Below, one piece after another: positions 8,691 through 17,000 of a stretch of 64,000 bases of DNA. The DNA is from Candidatus Thorarchaeota archaeon. GTDB lineage: Archaea > Asgardarchaeota > Thorarchaeia > Thorarchaeales > Thorarchaeaceae. The position numbers and the translations under genes are program-made. The stretch's first letter is position 1. Each line of letters opens with the position of its first letter. The stretch covers positions 7,668 to 71,667 of the forward strand of contig JBHLRS010000013.1 in the NCBI GenBank assembly GCA_048882325.1, given 5' to 3'. A model generated the notes under the pieces. The model searched no databases, was not told where the DNA came from, and was given only the letters and a program-made list of their open reading frames with translations.

Positions 8691-9493
8691 ATACCAACCT
8701 TGAAAATCAGTGCATCGCGTAAGACGCGTTGAAACATTCTCAGGAGATTCTTCCCCTCTGTAGCAATCGTGTCATATACCGGATAGCCCTCAAGGTCAAG
8801 CATCTGCACCATGTAATCAATGGGCAAAGCGTTCGGGAGGTCTCTTTTGTTCAGTGCCACAATGATAGGTAGGGTTGCCATCCTATCTGTACCAAGAGCT
8901 ATCCTCAATTCCTGTATTGAGGCGAGGTTCTCGTTCATCTGCTCTGGAGTAGAGTCAGCCATAAAGATAATACCATCACAATCCCGGAGTACTTTGATTC
9001 TCTGGCTCGCGTGTCGACGCTGTCCAGCAACTGTGAAAACATCAAACACAATTCTCTCACTTGCAGTGACTGGTACAAAATCGAAGAATGTTGTCCGACC
9101 CAGCTCATCATGAATCTCTATGATTTTTCCTTTTGCAAGGGATCGGACATTTCCGAATAGCCATCGTAGTGCAGTGGTCTTCCCTGAGAGAGAAGGTCCG
9201 TAAAATACTATCTTGATGTGAACGCGCCCTTGTTCGTCACGCTTCAAAACATGACCAGGGACAATCTCAGCTGCGCTCTGAGGCTTGATACTAGCGCGCC
9301 GAGCATGTTCTGCTGTAGTTTCAGGATCGAAACTCACATCCTCAGATGAGGCAACAAGTGTTCCCATAGGTTTGGGTTCACCTATCACAGGTTCTTCTAC
9401 AGCAACACTAGGAGAGTCTCTGAACTCAACTGACACTTTTTCTTCCTCTTCCGGCTCCTTTGACCGCCCGGTTAACCTGCGAAACACGGACAA
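8687..9493 (-). CDS. MglA-like small GTPase with about 95-aa disordered N-terminal extension
   Basis: KIVFYGPSLSGKTT (P-loop), GRTTFFDFVPV, TVAGQ (switch II), GIIFMADS and NKRDLPNA closely mirror the bacterial MglA signatures KIVYYGPGLCGKTT / FFDFLPL / TVPGQ / NKRDLPNA. Confidence 0.85.
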   Translation of the reverse strand: MSVFRRLTGRSKEPEEEEKVSVEFRDSPSVAVEEPVIGEPKPMGTLVASSEDVSFDPETTAEHARRASIKPQSAAEIVPGHVLKRDEQGRVHIKIVFYGPSLSGKTTALRWLFGNVRSLAKGKIIEIHDELGRTTFFDFVPVTASERIVFDVFTVAGQRRHASQRIKVLRDCDGIIFMADSTPEQMNENLASIQELRIALGTDRMATLPIIVALNKRDLPNALPIDYMVQMLDLEGYPVYDTIATEGKNLLRMFQRVLRDALIFKVGI

Positions 9494-9594
9494 ACGCCTC
9501 TCCAGAAATTACGGTGCGAATTCTAGTCTTAAATCTTGGGGGGATTGTGTCCGCAGTAGGCTTTATCAAGAGAAAGCCGTTCGAGAGATGCGTT

Positions 9595-10719
9595 ATGACA
9601 GAATTGATTGACCCAGAGTTCATTTCTGAACAATGGCCAACGCTCAAAGAGATGACCTATCTCAATAATGCTTCAACTGGCATTCCACCGTTGGATACAT
9701 TCAATGCTATGAAGAAGCAGCTAGACAATAGAGCGAGAGTCATTGGCAAGTTTGAAGACACACTTGCGTGCTTCAAAGAGATTAGGCAGCATCTTGCAAC
9801 GCTCTTGGGTGGAGACTATAGTCAGTATGCATTCGTTTCAAGTACTAGCGCGGGCATTAACTCCATCGCTCACAGCGTTGATTATCCAACGGGTTCTAAC
9901 GTTGTGATCTGTGATCTGGAATTCCCAGCGAACTATGTACCTTGGCAGCACGCAAGCAAGCTCTATGGATTTGAGCTTAGAGTTGTGAAATCCAAGGATG
10001 GGGCAGTTTCATTGGATGCATTCAAGGAACAAGTTGATGAGAACACAAAGGTGGTAGCTGTGAGTCAGGTGCAGTTTGGAACTGGCTTTAAGGCAGACCT
10101 TGACCAACTTACCAAAATCGCTCATAAGAATTCAGCACTGCTATCTGTTGATATCATCCAAGCTGCTGGATGTCTTGAAACGGATTTAGAGAAAATAGGA
10201 GTGGACTTTGCAGCAGGACAGGCTGCAAAGTGGATGTTGGGACCAATTGGAGCTGGCTATATCTATGTCAGTCAAACAGTAATCGATGAACTCACTCCTA
10301 GATTCATAGGATGGTGGGGTGTAGAGAAACTTATGGAGTTTGAATACTTTGAGAGATCTCCACTTCCTGACGCTCGGAAATTCCAAGTAGGCTCACCTGC
10401 GATGGTCGCGTATGTCGGACTACTTGAGTCACTGAAGACATTGTTGAAGGCCCCTGGTAAGACAAGAGAACGGGTGGCAATGGACAATGCGGATTATCTC
10501 CGAAAACGCTTGGCAGAGATAGATATACCATACTATGAATTCGGTCCAAATCACAATTCAGCCACAGTTTCATGTGAGCCACTGGATGTAGAGAATCTAC
10601 ACAAAGAGCTAATCGAAAACAAGATTCATTGCTCTGTCAGGAATGGTCGGTTACGAATTTCGCCACACTTTTACAACAACCATGATGAGATTGACAGGAT
10701 CATCGAACATCTGAGGTGA
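9595..10719 (+). CDS. Class V aminotransferase-fold PLP enzyme (cysteine desulfurase/selenocysteine lyase-like)
   Basis: Fold-type I class V pattern: AFVSSTSAGIN, DIIQAAG, and putative PLP-Lys in AAKWMLGPIGAGYIYV. The track start 9460 overlaps the convergently... divergently placed GTPase gene, so ATG 9595 (MTELIDPEF) is preferred. Confidence 0.75.
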   Translation: MTELIDPEFISEQWPTLKEMTYLNNASTGIPPLDTFNAMKKQLDNRARVIGKFEDTLACFKEIRQHLATLLGGDYSQYAFVSSTSAGINSIAHSVDYPTGSNVVICDLEFPANYVPWQHASKLYGFELRVVKSKDGAVSLDAFKEQVDENTKVVAVSQVQFGTGFKADLDQLTKIAHKNSALLSVDIIQAAGCLETDLEKIGVDFAAGQAAKWMLGPIGAGYIYVSQTVIDELTPRFIGWWGVEKLMEFEYFERSPLPDARKFQVGSPAMVAYVGLLESLKTLLKAPGKTRERVAMDNADYLRKRLAEIDIPYYEFGPNHNSATVSCEPLDVENLHKELIENKIHCSVRNGRLRISPHFYNNHDEIDRIIEHLR

Positions 10720-10723
10720 GCAA

Positions 10724-11401
10724 ATGCTTGACCAGATAGCGGATTCTATTTACTTCATAATGAGTCGATCTTTTGACTCTAACATCACTTACATCAAATC
10801 TGGAGACCACGAGATATTAGTTGATGCAGGAACAGGCCTCTACGCATCATCACTCGATAAAGATCTGCAGTCACAGGGGTCTTCACTTGAGTCAATTACG
10901 GATGTTGTTCTTACACATTGTCACATCGACCACATTGGTGGTGTTATTCCTTTATTGGAAATGGGATCACCTAAACTGTATCTTCACAGGACGGAGGCTG
11001 AACCAATTAACAGTGGAGATATGAGTCACACGCTGGGTGACACATTCGGAGCGGACCTTCCACCATTCAAGATTGATGTGATGCTGGAAGAGGGAGATGT
11101 GGTCGACTTCGGAGATGTCAAGCTTGAAGTTTTTCACACTCCGGGTCATTCCGAGGGCAGCATAGTGATGCAGGTCCAGGGATCAGGAATACTGTTCACA
11201 GGAGACACGATGTTTCCCGGGGGTAGTTTCGGAAGAGTTGATTTCCCAACAGGTAGTGCAACAAAACTGGTTGCGTCGCTCAAGCGCATCTCGGAGATGG
11301 ACTTTGATATTGGACTTCCGGGACACATGAACGCAATCAAGTTCAATGCAAGACATTCAGCTCTCACATCATATGAAATGGCGAAGAATTGGTTCGGATG
11401 A
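10724..11401 (+). CDS. MBL-fold metallo-hydrolase
   Basis: THCHIDHIGG (HxHxDH), HTPGHSEG and a later GH motif. Confidence 0.85.
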   Translation: MLDQIADSIYFIMSRSFDSNITYIKSGDHEILVDAGTGLYASSLDKDLQSQGSSLESITDVVLTHCHIDHIGGVIPLLEMGSPKLYLHRTEAEPINSGDMSHTLGDTFGADLPPFKIDVMLEEGDVVDFGDVKLEVFHTPGHSEGSIVMQVQGSGILFTGDTMFPGGSFGRVDFPTGSATKLVASLKRISEMDFDIGLPGHMNAIKFNARHSALTSYEMAKNWFG

Positions 11402-11610
11402 ATCATCAAAACCAACGATGTATTACACGGATAATGTGGGTATTCTACTAAGCAAAGAATATATGAGATAAATCGATTGAGCGAGAGTGCCGACAATGGC
11501 CAGATTAGTGGAGAAGCCGTCGGTATATACAGACGAAACAGACCCTCAAGCCATTATAATGGCGTTAGGGAGAAAACAAACAGAAATATCCAATGGTGGG
11601 TGTTAGATAA

Positions 11611-12444
11611 TTGGCAGACTCTTCTCGTGACTTGGATGAACTCCTTAAAGAGTTCAAACCCGAGAAGAAAGCACGTTTCCAAGCTTTTGACAAGGTCGTC
11701 AATGCATTCAACACACCGAGTCAGTCTCTGTTTGTCACAGATAATGATAATGAGGTCGACACATTCCAGCGTGAATTCAATCAATTTCTTGTTTCGACTG
11801 GAAGGATGGAAGAAGGTGCAGAACTTCCATATCACATGGTTCGTATTGGCTACGATGGTGACATGTTGGATGATATGTTTAGACTGATTGTGTCTGATGA
11901 GTCTGAGAACTTCAAACCAGCATCATTGGATGTGAACATGCTTTATTCCAAGCAAGCAATTTTCCAGCATCTCTATCAAACAATAACAAAGGACAAGTTC
12001 ATCGTATTTCATATCACAGAGTTTCCTTTAGCTTATTATTTTGAGACCGCAGTTGTGGTTGATGTTGAGGAACTCTCAGACGTCATGGACCCATCAGTTC
12101 ATGATGGTACAATCATCAGGTATCTTAATGACCTTAGAGAACAAGGAACTGAAGAGCATAGAAAGACGTACAGTTTCTTCTATAGAATCAGTACATCATT
12201 GCTGATGGAACTCTCCAACGTCTTTCTCGTTGTACCGACAGCAGGTATGAATAGACATCTTTGCGTCGCAAGCTGGCGGACACAGACTCTTCTTCTCGGG
12301 TTCAGTCCACTCACATGGTCATCAGGAAGCTTTAGGGTGTTTGATTTGAGCGGCAGAGATATTGATGCAAGATGGGCATATCCAGCTCCAGCTTCAGATG
12401 ATCCACGAGTCAAACAGTATACCCGTATAGTCCCTCTCGAATAG
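11611..12444 (+). CDS. Hypothetical protein
   Basis: 277-aa ORF. Its first possible start is a TTG directly after a TAA, so the real start is uncertain. No family recognised. Confidence 0.5.
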   Translation: MADSSRDLDELLKEFKPEKKARFQAFDKVVNAFNTPSQSLFVTDNDNEVDTFQREFNQFLVSTGRMEEGAELPYHMVRIGYDGDMLDDMFRLIVSDESENFKPASLDVNMLYSKQAIFQHLYQTITKDKFIVFHITEFPLAYYFETAVVVDVEELSDVMDPSVHDGTIIRYLNDLREQGTEEHRKTYSFFYRISTSLLMELSNVFLVVPTAGMNRHLCVASWRTQTLLLGFSPLTWSSGSFRVFDLSGRDIDARWAYPAPASDDPRVKQYTRIVPLE

Positions 12445-12501
12445 AGGTTCTATGAAACTATCAAATACTAAATGTATATACATGTATATATCCATCGTTG
12501 A

Positions 12502-13485
12502 ATGTATAAAGAATATTTAATACTCGAGCAAACTGGAATGGACGTGGCTGACACCTTGACAACGCAACAGGATGCAGTGCAGACTGCGAAGGCATTCGTG
12601 CCGGGACATGTCACAGGGATCTTTCGTATCTTCGACGAGTATGATGATCCCCTTCGTTGCGGATCTACAGGTGCAGGATTCTCAGTGACCATTGGAACAG
12701 TCACAACTGTGTCTGTGGTGGATCATCCGTCGCTAGAGATCACAACCGAATATAACAAAGAACGAGTAGATGCTAAAGTTACAAAGACGGTGATACAGAG
12801 ATTGACTGAAGAATATGAAAAGACACTCAAGGTGCATGTTGAGCATAATTCTTCTCTTATCTCAGGAGCTGGTTTTGGAGCTTCAGGCGCAGGTGCCCTG
12901 GGAACAGCTCTTGCTCTCGGTCATCTCTTAGACCCAAACATTACCTACAAGAATGCCGCTTCATTCGCACATATTGCAGAGATTGAGAATCACACTGGTC
13001 TTGGTGATGTTCTTGCACAAACCCTTGGTGGTATAGAGGTAAGAGTTATGGCGGGAGGACCGGGTGTAGGGAAGATAAAGAATATCCTCTACCTGGACTC
13101 GCTTCGCGCAGTGCTTGCTGGGTCTTCCGGACTCAAGACAGCTGATGTTTTGACAAATCCTGAAAGCCGAGAACAGATCAATGCAATTGGAGACCATCTG
13201 ATAGAGAGAATTATCGCAGACCCAACGATAGAGACCTTTGTGGAGTCATCGAGAGCATTCTCTAATGAGATAGGTCTGAAGACAAAGAGAGTTGAAGATG
13301 CACTTGAAGAACTTGAAAGAGTAGGATTGATTGACTCTAGCATGGTGATGCTCGGTGACTCAGTGTTCTGTCTTTGTGAAGAGAGTGATGCTTATGTGGC
13401 AGAGAGAATTCTCTCCAAATACTGGAACTCGAATGAAGTATCAGTTTGTGGTATCGCCTTAGAGGGTGGGAGGCTACTCAAATGA
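12502..13485 (+). CDS. Pantoate kinase (archaeal PoK, GHMP kinase superfamily)
   Basis: FVPGHVTGIF N-terminal signature, GHMP motif SGAGFGASGAGALG, and position directly upstream of the phosphopantothenate synthetase gene. Confidence 0.75.
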   Translation: MYKEYLILEQTGMDVADTLTTQQDAVQTAKAFVPGHVTGIFRIFDEYDDPLRCGSTGAGFSVTIGTVTTVSVVDHPSLEITTEYNKERVDAKVTKTVIQRLTEEYEKTLKVHVEHNSSLISGAGFGASGAGALGTALALGHLLDPNITYKNAASFAHIAEIENHTGLGDVLAQTLGGIEVRVMAGGPGVGKIKNILYLDSLRAVLAGSSGLKTADVLTNPESREQINAIGDHLIERIIADPTIETFVESSRAFSNEIGLKTKRVEDALEELERVGLIDSSMVMLGDSVFCLCEESDAYVAERILSKYWNSNEVSVCGIALEGGRLLK

Positions 13486-14294
13486 CTAAGATTGAGATTC
13501 CGCCTAACCATCCACGACGTGTGTCTCTTGAAACCCGTGAAGCAATTATTGAGGGATATGAAGCTAATGTAGTTGCTACGGCTGGTCTTTTGGCACATGG
13601 TCGAGGAGAGGCATTTGACTACTTGATTGGTGAGAAGACAAATGATCGTGCCAAGGACGCGATGAGAGCCGCTGTCGCAGCGATGCTTGCAGCGGATCAT
13701 CCAGTAATCAGTGTGAACGGAAATATTAGCTCTCTAGTTCCTGAGGACTTGGTGGAGCTATCAGAGATTTGCACAGCGCCTCTAGAAATCAATCTATTCT
13801 ACTACAGGAAAGAACGTGAGGATGCCATTAAGGATGCCCTGCTAGCCGCGGGGGCAAAGCAAGTACTAGGCACGCACGACCGTCCTTCTGAGATTATTCC
13901 TGAGTTGAGTAGCAATCGTCGAAAAGTAGATCCTGAAGGAATTGGAGCTGGAGATGTGATTCTGGTTCCGCTTGAAGATGGTGACCGAACAGAGGCGTTG
14001 AAGGCAATTGGTAAGTTTGTCATTACAATAGACCTCAATCCAATGAGCAGGACTGCAGTCTATTCTGACATTACGATTGTTGATAATGTTGTTAGAGCTC
14101 TTCCACTCATGGTAGAGCTAGCCCGAGAAATGAAGCAGCTTCCAAAAGAGGAACTTCGTGGGATTGCAGAAGGCTTTGATAATACTGAGAATCTTGCCAT
14201 GTCAGTACACATAATAATGCAACATCTCGAGGCGAGTGTCAAGAATATTGGCAAATTGAGAGAGAAAATCAAAACCGGAGTTCAGAAAGAATGA
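13482..14294 (+). CDS. Phosphopantothenate synthetase (4-phosphopantoate--beta-alanine ligase, archaeal PPS)
   Basis: IPPNHPRRVSLETRE...GLLAHGRGEAFDYLIGEKT matches the archaeal PPS (COG1701) signature as I recall it. The start ATG overlaps the PoK stop (ATGA). Confidence 0.75.
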   Translation: MTKIEIPPNHPRRVSLETREAIIEGYEANVVATAGLLAHGRGEAFDYLIGEKTNDRAKDAMRAAVAAMLAADHPVISVNGNISSLVPEDLVELSEICTAPLEINLFYYRKEREDAIKDALLAAGAKQVLGTHDRPSEIIPELSSNRRKVDPEGIGAGDVILVPLEDGDRTEALKAIGKFVITIDLNPMSRTAVYSDITIVDNVVRALPLMVELAREMKQLPKEELRGIAEGFDNTENLAMSVHIIMQHLEASVKNIGKLREKIKTGVQKE

Positions 14295-15277
14295 AAATAG
14301 TTGTTGTGGGGTCAGGAGCAATCGGAAGTTTGTACGGTGCATTCCTGAGTAGACTAGAGGAAACCGAGGTCATTCTGGTAGGACGAAACCCTCATGTTTC
14401 AGCCATCCAAAAGAGGGGGCTAACTATCAAAGGCCTTCTTGGTAAACATGTCTTTAAGTTGAAGGCATTGAGGTTTGCGTCTGATGTAGACTATGCAGAC
14501 CTTGTCATACTCACAACAAAGACCTATGATACACTCGCTGCAGCAAAGAGCGCAAAACATCTCATTGACTCTGGTGCCTCAGTGCTCATTATCCAGAACG
14601 GTCTGGGAACGGAAGACCTTGTTGCCAAAGCCCTAAACACAACTAAAGTTCTCAGAGCTACAACCTGTATGGGTGCGCTAAGAACTTCACCCGGAGTTGT
14701 AACTGCTACAGGTTGTGGACTTACAGAGATAGGTTCACGGTATCCAGAGAATTACAAACTTGTCGAGAAACTCACAGAGATGATGCGGAAAGCTGGTTTT
14801 GATGTACGCTCAAGTGACAATATAGAAGGGGTTGTTTGGACAAAGACCCTTGTGAACTGTGGGATTAATCCTGTAGGAGCGCTCACAGGTCTGACTAATG
14901 GCGAGGTTTACAATAACAAGGCGCTTCGAGGACTGATTGTCCGACTGGTAGAGGAAGCGGTTCAAGTCGTCGAAGCGTTGGGTGTAGAACTCACAACTGA
15001 TGATCCTGTTAGATACGCTCTTGGGACTGCAAAGGCGACAGGTGACAACATCAATTCTATGTTACAGGACCTTCAGGCTGGAAAGCGGACCGAGATAGAT
15101 TCGATAACTGGAGAAGTCATTCGACTGGCAAAAGAACTAGGTATAGAAACTCCATCAAGTGAAGCAGTCTACGCATTAGTGAAAGCTCTCGAATCGAAGT
15201 ATATTGAGGGAGGAGAGAGGCTCAGAGAAGAGGACATTCTTGCAGTTGATGACCTTGTTGAGGCAATAACCAGGTGA
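14291..15277 (+). CDS. panE: 2-dehydropantoate 2-reductase (ketopantoate reductase)
   Basis: N-terminal Rossmann motif KIVVVGSGAIGS, central TTKTYD, and C-terminal SMLQDLQAGKRTEID typical of ApbA/PanE. ATGA overlap with the PPS stop. Confidence 0.85.
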   Translation: MKIVVVGSGAIGSLYGAFLSRLEETEVILVGRNPHVSAIQKRGLTIKGLLGKHVFKLKALRFASDVDYADLVILTTKTYDTLAAAKSAKHLIDSGASVLIIQNGLGTEDLVAKALNTTKVLRATTCMGALRTSPGVVTATGCGLTEIGSRYPENYKLVEKLTEMMRKAGFDVRSSDNIEGVVWTKTLVNCGINPVGALTGLTNGEVYNNKALRGLIVRLVEEAVQVVEALGVELTTDDPVRYALGTAKATGDNINSMLQDLQAGKRTEIDSITGEVIRLAKELGIETPSSEAVYALVKALESKYIEGGERLREEDILAVDDLVEAITR

Positions 15278-16524
15278 ATGATTTGATAGAGCACACTTCC
15301 AAGCTCATCAAAGGAAGTCTGAGTAACCTACTCGACGGAAAGAAAATCGCACTTGGTATTACGGGAAGTGTAGGGGCGGTAGAATGCGTTGCCCTAGCAA
15401 GGAAACTGATGCGACATGGAGCAGAAATCATAACAGTGATGAGCCAAATGGCTCAGACTATCATTCATCCCTATCTCATGGAGTGGGCAACAGGCAATCC
15501 CGTCATCACAGAGCTAACAGGTCAGATAGAACATGTAACACTCGCAGGTAAACACAAGGACCACGTAGACCTACTTTTGATCGCGCCATCAACGGCCAAT
15601 ACTATAGGCAAGATTGCAAATGGTATTGATGACACTCCTGTCACTACAACAGCATCTTCAGCCATAGGAGCAGGCATACCAGTCGTCATAGTACCAGCGA
15701 TGCATGAGTCAATGTACGATCATCCTGCGGTCATAGAGAATATCGAGAAGCTAAAAGGAATGGGAATCACAGTTGTTTCTCCACGAATGGAGGAAGCAAA
15801 GGCAAAGATTCCAGCAGTTGATACTATCGTGGACCAAGTGCTAGCAATTCTAGGTCCAAGGGATCTTGATGGAAAACACTTTATTGTCACAGCTGGACCA
15901 ACGAGAGGGTGGATTGATAGAGTTCGGTTCATCACAAATCCATCTACAGGAAAGATGGGAATCGCGATTGCTGAGGAGCTGCTTCGTCGCGGAGCGACGG
16001 TGAGTCTTGTTCTTGGGCCCACATCGGAATCAGGACCTGATCTTGCAGATATTCACAAGGTGGCGACATCTGAGGAGATGCTTCAAGCTGTTTTGTCAGA
16101 ACTTTCTTCTCGAAAGACAGATGGATTTGTTTCTGCTGCGGCTGTTCTTGATTACACTCCTGCAACAAAGGAGGACAGTAAACTAGCGTCAGGTTCAGAG
16201 AGTCTGAGTGTTAAGCTTGTCCCCACCAAAAAGATAATCGAAGAAGCTAGGAGTGCCTACAAGGACCTTTTCATTGTTGGATTCAAGGTTGAGTCGGGGG
16301 TCAGTGACGATGAACTAGCATCCAGAGCGAGAACTAAAATCGACGCTGGAATATGTGATATCGTCGTGGCCAATGATGAACAAAGAAAGGGGGTTGCTTT
16401 TGGCACAGACACCAATGCAGTCATGATTGTTGGTCCTGCTGAATACACAAAGAGTTATGATCTAGCCCCTAAGAGAGAAATAGCTCGTCATATCGTGGAC
16501 GAAATAATCCAGAGGATGACATAA
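15274..16524 (+). CDS. coaBC: Bifunctional phosphopantothenoylcysteine decarboxylase / phosphopantothenate-cysteine ligase
   Basis: Flavoprotein N-domain (KKIALGITGSVGAVE, APSTANTIGKIANGIDD) and CoaB C-domain (FITNPSTGKMG, AAAVLDY, VANDE). GTG start overlaps the panE stop (GTGA). Confidence 0.9.
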   Translation: MNDLIEHTSKLIKGSLSNLLDGKKIALGITGSVGAVECVALARKLMRHGAEIITVMSQMAQTIIHPYLMEWATGNPVITELTGQIEHVTLAGKHKDHVDLLLIAPSTANTIGKIANGIDDTPVTTTASSAIGAGIPVVIVPAMHESMYDHPAVIENIEKLKGMGITVVSPRMEEAKAKIPAVDTIVDQVLAILGPRDLDGKHFIVTAGPTRGWIDRVRFITNPSTGKMGIAIAEELLRRGATVSLVLGPTSESGPDLADIHKVATSEEMLQAVLSELSSRKTDGFVSAAAVLDYTPATKEDSKLASGSESLSVKLVPTKKIIEEARSAYKDLFIVGFKVESGVSDDELASRARTKIDAGICDIVVANDEQRKGVAFGTDTNAVMIVGPAEYTKSYDLAPKREIARHIVDEIIQRMT

Positions 16525-16534
16525 CGCAGGTGAC

Positions 16535-16897
16535 TCAGAGTATCTCCAGAAGTGACTCAGCCATTCGCCGCATATCAACAAAGATGAGCCCTATCTGTGC
16601 ATCCGCTTTTGCGAGGACAAGAAAGAGTGCGTTCTCGCCCACAGAAGTAAGTAAGGTGTATCCGCGATCACTTTTAACATAAATCTCCATGAGGTTGCCT
16701 CGGTCCAATTCGTTTGTGGCCTTCTCTCCCAATGACAACAATGCTGCACTAATTGCTGCAACTCGTTCTTGTTCAGCTTCTGGTAGAGCAGAAGAAATCA
16801 TGAGTCCATCAGCTGACACAAGAGCTGCACCTTCAACACCTGGTACAGTTTCGAAATCACGAATTATTTTGTTGATGCTATCAACACGACTGGACAT
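16535..16897 (-). CDS. Roadblock/LC7 (MglB-like) domain protein
   Basis: VPGVEGAALVSADGLMISSALP...AAISAALLSLGEKA...GYTLLTSVGENALFLVLAKADAQIGLIF is a textbook Roadblock/LC7 pattern. The track start is TTG 16924; ATG 16897 is preferred. Confidence 0.85.
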   Translation of the reverse strand: MSSRVDSINKIIRDFETVPGVEGAALVSADGLMISSALPEAEQERVAAISAALLSLGEKATNELDRGNLMEIYVKSDRGYTLLTSVGENALFLVLAKADAQIGLIFVDMRRMAESLLEIL

Positions 16898-17000
16898 ACT
16901 TGCACCCTCTGGCAATCCGAACAAACGCTAGTCTGTGGCCACTCTATAATAACTTATTGCATTACAGGGATTTGAGGCAATTCATGTTCATTGATATTCA

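Noticed and set aside
11477-11887. 136-aa ORF and a 36-codon ATG ORF (11496-11606) just upstream of, and out of frame with, CDS 11611-12444; possible frameshifted N-terminus
   Set aside because: The 136-aa translation is not protein-like beyond the first about 40 residues and overlaps the better ORF. There is no slippery motif at the junction and no homology to support a fusion. The true start of 11611-12444 remains uncertain.
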